Shown piece after piece: positions 25,969 to 32,000 of a stretch of DNA of 32,000 bases. Position numbers and translations under genes: made by a program. The notes under the pieces are model-generated. The model had not been told where the DNA came from. It searched no databases and saw only the letters and a list, made by a program, of their open reading frames with translations. Position 1 is the stretch's first letter; every line of letters starts with the position of its first letter. The DNA is from Pirellula staleyi DSM 6068 (lineage in GTDB: Bacteria; Planctomycetota; Planctomycetia; Pirellulales; Pirellulaceae), in NCBI GenBank assembly GCA_000025185.1, contig CP001848.1:30001-62000 (forward strand), read 5' to 3'.

Positions 25969-26019
25969 ATGGGGAATCAGTTTGCCTGTTAGCTACTTGG
26001 TCGTGCAGTCTCTTGGCCT

Positions 26020-27282
26020 TTAAGCGGCGTGGCGGGCAGGTCGCTGCAGCAATCGCGCAAGGTGCGAAACGACGGTGAATTGCTCGTCGATCGTCATCTC
26101 GGGGAAGACGGGGAGCGACAAGACTTCGCGAGCAGCGGCTTCGGTCTCTGGCAAACTTCCGGAGGCGTAGCGGAGCGACGCAAAGCACTCTTGCTGATGG
26201 AGTGGCACGGGATAGTAAACTTCGCTACCGACACCGGCGGCGGCCAGGCCAGCCTTTAGCGAGTCGCGACGCTGGCCCTTCACACGAACCGTGTATTGAT
26301 TCCACACATGGGTGCCGGGAACCGTTTGCTTGGGGAGCTCGAGATGCTGATCGAGACCGGCTTCCTTCAGCAGATCGTCGTAGCGTGCGGCATGCGTGGC
26401 GCGATCGCTTGTCCACTGCGCGAGGCGGGTCAGCTTGACCCCTAGCGCGGCGGCTTGAATCGTATCGAGTCGGCTGTTGATCCCCACCACGCGATGATAG
26501 TAGCGCGGGTTCATGCCGTGGGCGGCAAACAAGCGCAAACGCTCGGCGACCGTCGCATCGTTGGTCGTGAGCATCCCACCATCGCCGAGCCCACCCAGGT
26601 TTTTAGTCGGGTAGAAACTCAAGCAACCTGCAATGCCCATCGAGCCTGCTGGCCTGTCGCCGTACGACGCACCAATCGCCTGCGCGGCATCTTCGATGAC
26701 CCACAGGTTCTTGCGTTTCGCAAGGTCGAGAATCGGCTGCATGTCGGCGCACTGGCCGAACAGATGCACAGGAATGATAGCTCGCGTGCGGGGCGTGATC
26801 GCTTCTTCGATACGGGCCGGATCGATGTTGAAGCTGTCGTGATCGATGTCGACGAAGACCGGTTCGGCCCCGAGTCGCCAGGCGGCTGAGGCGGTAGCAA
26901 AAAAGGTGAAGCTCGGCAGGATCACTTCGTCCCCTTCGCCGATGCTGAGTGCTTGCAGCGCAAGCAGCAGCGCGTCGCTTCCCGAGGCACAGCCGATGGC
27001 ATGCTTGGTGCCACTCAGCTTGGCGACGTTGTTTTCGAACTCGGTCACTTCAGGACCGAAGAGAAACCGCCCGCTGTCGATCACTTTAGTGACAGCGGCC
27101 ACAATTTCGTCGCGAATCGGCGCGTTGTTGCGATTCACGTCCAGCAGCGGCACTTTGCCAGTGAGCGCGGGCCCGGTGGTTGCTGGCGTAGCAGGAGTCA
27201 CCGGCGCGATCGGCGGCGTGGGGATCGTGGCGGTGGCAGGAGCGGGTGGAGTGAGCGTGGGCGAAGCAGTACGACTCTTCAT
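26020..27282 (-). CDS. DegT/DnrJ/EryC1/StrS-family PLP-dependent sugar aminotransferase
   Basis: LLDVNRNNAPIRDEIVAAVTKVIDSGRFLFGPEVTEFENNVAKLSGTKHAIGCASGSDALLLAL has the typical family N-terminal layout, followed by SFYPTKNLGGLGDGG, the region of the PLP lysine. The track start at 27312 is a TTG. ATG at 27282 follows AAGGAAG and leaves a Pro/Thr-rich leader of about 43 aa. GTG at 27153 would give a canonical VPLLDV start. Confidence 0.9.
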   Translation of the reverse strand: MKSRTASPTLTPPAPATATIPTPPIAPVTPATPATTGPALTGKVPLLDVNRNNAPIRDEIVAAVTKVIDSGRFLFGPEVTEFENNVAKLSGTKHAIGCASGSDALLLALQALSIGEGDEVILPSFTFFATASAAWRLGAEPVFVDIDHDSFNIDPARIEEAITPRTRAIIPVHLFGQCADMQPILDLAKRKNLWVIEDAAQAIGASYGDRPAGSMGIAGCLSFYPTKNLGGLGDGGMLTTNDATVAERLRLFAAHGMNPRYYHRVVGINSRLDTIQAAALGVKLTRLAQWTSDRATHAARYDDLLKEAGLDQHLELPKQTVPGTHVWNQYTVRVKGQRRDSLKAGLAAAGVGSEVYYPVPLHQQECFASLRYASGSLPETEAAAREVLSLPVFPEMTIDEQFTVVSHLARLLQRPARHAA

Positions 27283-27529
27283 AACCGATTTGCTTCCTTG
27301 CAAACGTGGCAATGATGCTGGGAGCTGCTAGCGAGCAAGCGCGGAGAGTGGCGACTCGAGCTAGCATACCGCCCGGCGTGGGTAGACGCAGCGGGCAAGC
27401 GATTCATCGCGTGGGTCAGACAGGGTTGGATGGTTGGGTAGTTGCTACGAACTCGTAGCGAGTCGAACAGTACGCTTTGCCGCGCCAACGGGTCAATAGC
27501 AACTCGCAGGCCGCGTGCGGCGAGCCGAT

Positions 27530-27619
27530 GGGGCTAGAGGCGAGGGAGGAGGGACAGGAAATAGAGCCGAACAAGACAACGCTACTTGGCAATTCCCCTA
27601 GTCCCTAGCCTCTAGCCCC
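27530..27619. other. 18-bp inverted repeat (one mismatch) spanning the stop codon of the LOG-family gene
   Basis: GGGGCTAGAGGCGAGGGA (27530-27547) and TCCCTAGCCTCTAGCCCC (27602-27619) are reverse complements apart from one position and are 54 nt apart. The right arm encodes the last residues (KGLEARD*) of the minus-strand gene. No U-tract follows on the minus strand, so this is not a classic terminator. Confidence 0.4.
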
Positions 27620-28743
27620 TTTTCCCTTCCATTAATCACATCAATCAGCCGACGCAGACGGCCTTGCTGGTGCCGGTCGAATTGAAAGACGAGCCGTGTG
27701 AGATGGGCGATGGAAGTGTCGTCTTGTTCGGCCGGGAGTGCCCCTTGCTGCTCGAACGTCCCACTTTCGACGATCCCCGCGAAGTCGCGACGAATCTCGG
27801 CCAGTTTCTCGTCCGAAAGTGGCTGCTGAAGTCGCAAGACTAGCTTATCGCCGACATAGCGCATGCTGTGATACACCCGAAAGAAGCCGAGCACTTCGTC
27901 GATCGCTTCCTGGCAATTGTCGGTAACTTTGAAGAGGTAAAAATCATCGGGCGAGATGAGTTTGAGCTTCAGCAGCTCGTCGTGCATGAACCGCTCGAGA
28001 GACTTCCAGTAGGTGCCGCCAGGTGGATCGAGCAGCACCACCGGCACGATATCGCGTTTGCCGGTTTGCAGCAGCGTGATCACTTCCATCGCTTCGTCGA
28101 GCGTGCCGAAACCACCGGGCAAGCAGACCACAGCGTCGCACTCCTTCACCAGCATCAATTTGCGGGTGAAGAAGTATTTCATCATCACCAGCTTTTCGTC
28201 GCCATCGATGATCGGATTGGCCGACTGCTCGAACGGCAGCATGATCCCGAGGCCCATCGAGTTTTCGCGGCCCGCGCCAACATGCCCTGCTTCCATGATG
28301 CCGAACGCCGCGCCGGTCACCACCATCCAGTCGCTCGCAGCGATTGCTTTTCCAAACGCCACAGCTTGCTGATAGGCAGGTTCGTCGGGCTTGGTGCGAG
28401 CCGAGCCGAAGACGGTCGCTTTGCGGCGGCTGCGATAGGGCCCAAACACCTTCAGGGCATAGCGCAGCTCGCGAAGCGTGCGGCTGAGGATTTTTAGATC
28501 CCCGAGCTCACGACCATCGGCCGCCAATTTGTCGGCTGTTTGCTTGATCTGATCGACGAGGTCTTCGACCTGCCAGCGGCGGCGGCGCGAAAGCGGCTCG
28601 CGCGTCGGCTCGGGATCAACCAGTTCGCTCGACGTGGTGCGGAACAGATCGTCGCTCGTGATTTTCGATTCGGCCGGATCGAGCGTCTCGTCCGAATCGC
28701 CCTGCTGATTGCTCTTCGAATCATCCGCAGCCGAGGGACTCAT
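27598..28743 (-). CDS. LOG-family (TIGR00730) Rossmann-fold protein, long PpnN-like form (nucleotide 5'-monophosphate nucleosidase-like)
   Basis: ATG at 28743. VFGSARTKPDEPAYQQAVAFGKAIA, MVVTGAAFGIMEAGHVGA and the signature PGGFGTLDE (PGGxGTxxE) are present. An acidic, probably disordered N-terminal extension of about 80 aa and a C-terminal extension follow the long-form pattern. Confidence 0.88.
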   Translation of the reverse strand: MSPSAADDSKSNQQGDSDETLDPAESKITSDDLFRTTSSELVDPEPTREPLSRRRRWQVEDLVDQIKQTADKLAADGRELGDLKILSRTLRELRYALKVFGPYRSRRKATVFGSARTKPDEPAYQQAVAFGKAIAASDWMVVTGAAFGIMEAGHVGAGRENSMGLGIMLPFEQSANPIIDGDEKLVMMKYFFTRKLMLVKECDAVVCLPGGFGTLDEAMEVITLLQTGKRDIVPVVLLDPPGGTYWKSLERFMHDELLKLKLISPDDFYLFKVTDNCQEAIDEVLGFFRVYHSMRYVGDKLVLRLQQPLSDEKLAEIRRDFAGIVESGTFEQQGALPAEQDDTSIAHLTRLVFQFDRHQQGRLRRLIDVINGREKGLEARD

Positions 28744-28788
28744 AGCACAACACTTCCATGCGAGAGTGGAGAGAAGTTTTGGACTATT

Positions 28789-29208
28789 CTACTCGTTTGC
28801 ATGGGTGATTGCGCGGCGCTCCGAGTCAGGCTGTTCCAGGAAAAGAGCAAGGGCAGATGCGATGGTCGCCCCAATCAACCAGAAAGCGACAAGTGGATGC
28901 CTTAGCCCACCCTGCATTCCGTCGCTGTGACCAATTGCGGAAGCGATCAGTGTTGCTGTCCAAGCCCCTTGCACTAGCAACGACACTATCCAGATGCTGC
29001 GTCGCTGCCAAAGGTTTAGAAAGGTGGCTAAGCGAAGGAAATAGAGTGCCGTTGCCAAATAACCAGGTCCAAAGATCGCAAACGCGAGGAGTGGATCATC
29101 GAGCGGCCCAAAGGCCCAAAACGCTGCACCCAATAGCAGACCCCAACACGATCCGCCAATAGCAAGTACGACAGCAATGGATCGGACGAGGATTGATTTG
29201 AAGGACAT
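28789..29208 (-). CDS. Hypothetical small membrane protein with about four TM helices
   Basis: The track ORF starts at TTG 29250. ATG at 29208 gives MSFKSILVRSIAVVLAIGGSCWGLLLGAAFWAF, followed by further hydrophobic helices. It ends 45 nt upstream of the LOG gene on the same strand. No SD and no family recognised. Confidence 0.5.
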   Translation of the reverse strand: MSFKSILVRSIAVVLAIGGSCWGLLLGAAFWAFGPLDDPLLAFAIFGPGYLATALYFLRLATFLNLWQRRSIWIVSLLVQGAWTATLIASAIGHSDGMQGGLRHPLVAFWLIGATIASALALFLEQPDSERRAITHANE

Positions 29209-29405
29209 ACGATCATCTACATGAAAACAGCGATCATCTCGTCGATTCAATCAAAAAAATGATCGGATCATCGAGAAATAACCGCAGGCCTCATGAAGAT
29301 GGCAACTGACTTTTAGCCGCATCGGCCGAGTTGAGCTTCGCACAACACAGCCACACGATTCAAATGCTCTGATTTCTGCCCACTGGCCTCTAGCTCTGCC
29401 TGCCG

Positions 29406-29729
29406 CTACCCAGCGCGGCGGCCGTACTGCTGCTGATAGGCGAGAAGGACTTCGTACAGATCGCGCGAGATCGTGATTTTGTCGTCGCGGAAATCTTCGA
29501 CCCAGCCTCGGCCCCGACAGAGGGCGTCGATGATGGTGGGGAGCATTTCGCCGAGCGAAAGGGTGACGGTCAGTTGCGGGCCGGTGGGCAAGGCATCGAG
29601 CGCGGGATTTCCGCTGCGAGGACTGGCGGTCGGCTGGCTGGTGGCCGAACCGGTTTCTGAGGGTGAGCTATCAGTTGAGGTGGCCTCGAGTTCGGGGCCA
29701 AAATAGACGCGCAGGCGATTCCGGGCCAT
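29406..29729 (-). CDS. Hypothetical 107-aa protein
   Basis: The longest ORF (to 30002) has an implausible N-terminus. ATG at 29729 is preceded by GGAAGGA and gives MARNRLRVYFGPELEATS, then a Ser/Thr/Pro-rich stretch and a compact C-terminal segment (TVTLSLGEMLPTIIDALCRGRGWVEDFRDDKITISRDLYEVLLAY). No family recognised. Confidence 0.45.
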   Translation of the reverse strand: MARNRLRVYFGPELEATSTDSSPSETGSATSQPTASPRSGNPALDALPTGPQLTVTLSLGEMLPTIIDALCRGRGWVEDFRDDKITISRDLYEVLLAYQQQYGRRAG

Positions 29730-30135
29730 CCAGGATCCTTCCGTGGCAGATAACACAGCGCAAACTTGGTCTTGCGCTCGGGGGGTGGAAACACTCCGGC
29801 CACGAGGCTGCCAACTGGCAGCCACCGATCGTCGCGACAGCCATCGGCCACCTCTTCCCCCTCTACTTCCTGCAAAGTGGGAAAAAATGACGTCAGCCGA
29901 CGTTTTTCGACAAGCCGAGACTTTACCGGGTAGGGCAACGGAATCGGCGGCACGGGATTGTCCGCCGCTGTTATCGAAACAATCGCCAGAGTTCCTTAAC
30001 AAATCCCGCCCGAAGCCCGATTTTCATCCGGATCGTCTTTAGGACTGTGCTAAACAGCGCAAACAAGGCAAAGCAGAGACCTTACGTCAACCCAACTCCA
30101 AGCCCACTCCGCAACCCTCCTCTGCTCCGCAATCC

Positions 30136-30164
30136 TTGACAACCCCGCCTTGCGGCGCTAGATT
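30136..30164 (+). promoter_or_regulatory. Sigma-70-like promoter upstream of tex
   Basis: TTGACA (30136-30141), an exact 17-nt spacer, then TAGATT (30159-30164), located 64 nt upstream of the tex ATG. Whether Planctomycetota sigma-70 promoters follow the E. coli consensus is assumed here, not shown. Confidence 0.5.
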
Positions 30165-30227
30165 GCGCGGCTCGATCAGTCCCGCCGTTGGGCTGACGGT
30201 TTGTGGTTGTGGTTGCTAGAGTTGCGA

Positions 30228-32000
30228 ATGAATCAGCCTCATCGGATCGATCTTGCACTTGTCGCCCGCGATCTCCATCTTCCGGTCGACAAGATCGAAC
30301 GGACGGTGTCGCTGCTCGACGACGGCAACACAGTACCTTTCATCACCCGTTATCGGAAGGATCAAACCGGAGGGCTCGACGAAGAGCAAATCCGTGAGAT
30401 CCAGGACCGTGTAACGAAGCTCCGCATGCTCGCCGAGCGGAAGGCGACGATCCTTAAATCGATCGAATCGCAAGGGAAACTCACGCCTGAACTGGCGGAA
30501 GAGATCCAAGCGGCCCCCACCACCAAGCGTCTGGAAGACCTCTATCTTCCGTTCAAGCCGAAGAAGCAAACCCTGGCCACGGTGGCGCGTCAGCGCGGGC
30601 TCGAACCACTCGCCCGTGAAATCCTCGAAGCCGACGCCGCTGCTACCGATCTGCTGGTCCGCGCCGCTGACTTCGTCTCGCCCGATCGCGAACTCAATTC
30701 AGCCGCCGAAGTGCTGCTGGGTGTCGGTCACCTGCTGGCCGAGCGTTTCAGCGAAAACGCGGAACTGCGTGGTCGACTCCGAAAAATTTTCCAAAAAACT
30801 GGCAAACTTGTCTCGACTAAAATCGAGCCCCCCGCTGCTGGCTCCCCTGAAGCCGCCGCTGCAGCGGTTGCCGCCGAAATTATCGCCGAAACAACCGGTG
30901 AAGAGCCCGCTGCCGACATGGCGAGCGATGCTGCCACCGACATCACGTCGGTCGCTGCGGAAACGCCAGCCCTTCACGACGAACTCGCCGCCCCGAGCGA
31001 AATCGCTTCCGACGCGAGTGACGACGAAGAGGAAGAGGCTGAAGTTGATGCCGAGGCCCCGGCCGATGTGACCAGTGAAGCCGAAACGGAAGCTCCCGCG
31101 ACAGAAGCGGCCGAAACACCCGCCGCCGAAGCAACCACAGAAGCCCCCGCTGCCGACTCTGCCGCAGTCGACATGGCCGCTGCTGCCGGAAGCGTGCTCC
31201 CGACCGGACGCTTGTTCGAGAAGCCAGCCGCTCCGATCGTTGCGCCTGACGTCAAAAAGGCGAAGAAGAAGAAAAAGAAGAAGGTCATCGGCGAGCATGC
31301 CTTCAAAGACTACTACGCCTTCACGGAAGCTGTGGGGCGCATTCCGCCACATCGCATTCTGGCAATCAATCGTGGCGAACGGGCCCGCGCGATTCGCGTC
31401 AAGATCGAAGCCGATCTCGAAGCGATGTACCGCGATGCTGAAGAACTGATCGTTCGCGCCGATCATCCGCACGCCGACTTCCTGCGCGGTGTGCTGCGAG
31501 ATGCGCTCAATCGGCTGATGGTCCCCAGTCTCGAGCGCGAAATTCGCCGCGAGATGACCGACTTCGCCGAGACCCACGCCGTCGATGTCTTCATCCGCAA
31601 TCTGCGCAAGCTCCTGCTGGCTCAGCCAGTGCGTGGCCGCCGAGTTCTCGCCGTCGATCCAGGTTTCAAGAGTGGCTGTAAGCTCGTAGCCCTCGATGAA
31701 TTTGGCAATGTCCTCGGCCACGGCATGATCTATGTCATTGGCAAAGACGATCGTCGCCAGAAGGCCAAGAATCGCCTCGCCGAAATCATCAAGCAATACA
31801 ACGTCTCGGTGATCGCCATCGGCAACGGCACAGGCTGCCGCGAGACCGAACAGCTGGTGGCCGACGTCCTCTCGAACGAAGTCGCTGGGCGCGATTGTGC
31901 CTACGTGATTGTGAACGAAGCAGGCGCGAGCATCTACTCGACAAGCCCGCTCGGTCGCGAAGAACTGCCGCAGTACGACGCCCTGCAGCGTGGCGCGATT
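30228..32000 (+). CDS. tex: Tex-family transcription accessory protein, 5' portion (continues beyond the window), with a large acidic insertion
   Basis: This ORF is absent from the track because it has no stop in the window. I translated 30228-32000 by hand (591 codons, no stop). The sequence LLDDGNTVPFITRYRKDQTGGLDEEQIREI...LEDLYLPFKPKK...GLEPLA matches the Tex N-terminus. Later, VLAVDPGFKSGCKLVALD and VIAIGNGTGCRETEQ mark the YqgF/RuvC-like domain, followed by VNEAGASIYSTS. Confidence 0.93.
   Translation, partial: MNQPHRIDLALVARDLHLPVDKIERTVSLLDDGNTVPFITRYRKDQTGGLDEEQIREIQDRVTKLRMLAERKATILKSIESQGKLTPELAEEIQAAPTTKRLEDLYLPFKPKKQTLATVARQRGLEPLAREILEADAAATDLLVRAADFVSPDRELNSAAEVLLGVGHLLAERFSENAELRGRLRKIFQKTGKLVSTKIEPPAAGSPEAAAAAVAAEIIAETTGEEPAADMASDAATDITSVAAETPALHDELAAPSEIASDASDDEEEEAEVDAEAPADVTSEAETEAPATEAAETPAAEATTEAPAADSAAVDMAAAAGSVLPTGRLFEKPAAPIVAPDVKKAKKKKKKKVIGEHAFKDYYAFTEAVGRIPPHRILAINRGERARAIRVKIEADLEAMYRDAEELIVRADHPHADFLRGVLRDALNRLMVPSLEREIRREMTDFAETHAVDVFIRNLRKLLLAQPVRGRRVLAVDPGFKSGCKLVALDEFGNVLGHGMIYVIGKDDRRQKAKNRLAEIIKQYNVSVIAIGNGTGCRETEQLVADVLSNEVAGRDCAYVIVNEAGASIYSTSPLGREELPQYDALQRGAI

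Noticed and set aside
30699-31796. 365-aa minus-strand ORF
   Set aside because: It is antisense to tex. The plus frame from 30228 is open to the window end and matches Tex domain by domain.
1-32000. Scan for CRISPR arrays, IS elements or transposases, integrases, phage genes, and rRNA/tRNA
   Set aside because: I found no regularly spaced direct repeats, no terminal inverted repeats flanking a transposase-like ORF, and no recognisable RNA gene cores. The window looks like core chromosome, not a mobile island.

Overview
The window is a high-GC, gene-dense bacterial chromosomal segment. I estimate coding regions in the high-50s % G+C by eye. Gene content and protein style point to Planctomycetota, probably a Pirellula-like organism, but this is an inference: Pro/Ala/Thr-rich linkers, many secreted FG-GAP and metalloprotease-type proteins, weak Shine-Dalgarno use. 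I can support about 26 protein-coding genes and found no rRNA, tRNA, CRISPR array, transposase or integrase. Recognisable genes are: an APH/kinase-fold phosphotransferase, a 909-aa secreted HExxHxxGxxH zinc metalloprotease, a divergent P-II protein, TrmL, a GH88-like unsaturated glucuronyl hydrolase, a secreted alpha/beta-hydrolase, HemW, an MBL-fold hydrolase, an FG-GAP propeller protein, Skp/OmpH, a DinG-family helicase, a DegT-type aminotransferase, a LOG/PpnN-like protein, and Tex (runs off the 3' end). The ORF track labels the longest ATG/GTG/TTG ORF with M, so I re-derived several starts by hand. Two clusters of uncharacterised membrane proteins stand out. Cluster 1 (7660-9970) is a tight tandem array of four paralogous small proteins built from an N-terminal NPYE[PS]P tail, CxxC zinc ribbons and a conserved APF..AFFxTC helix. 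One copy is broken by a frameshift at a T5 run. Cluster 2 (19975-25870) is four co-directional genes combining MJ0042-like zinc ribbons, long Pro/Ala/Lys linkers, NPY/NPF motifs, a GLPW motif and a Yip1-like polytopic domain. The same short motif N-[PA]-[YF]-[AE]-[SP]-P occurs in seven of these eight proteins, which hints at a shared but unknown partner or pathway. Lesser oddities are a Tyr/Gly/Pro/Ala low-complexity lipoprotein, an approximately 150-aa acidic insertion in Tex, an orphan P-II with a Tyr-less T-loop, and an 18-bp inverted repeat spanning the LOG stop codon.
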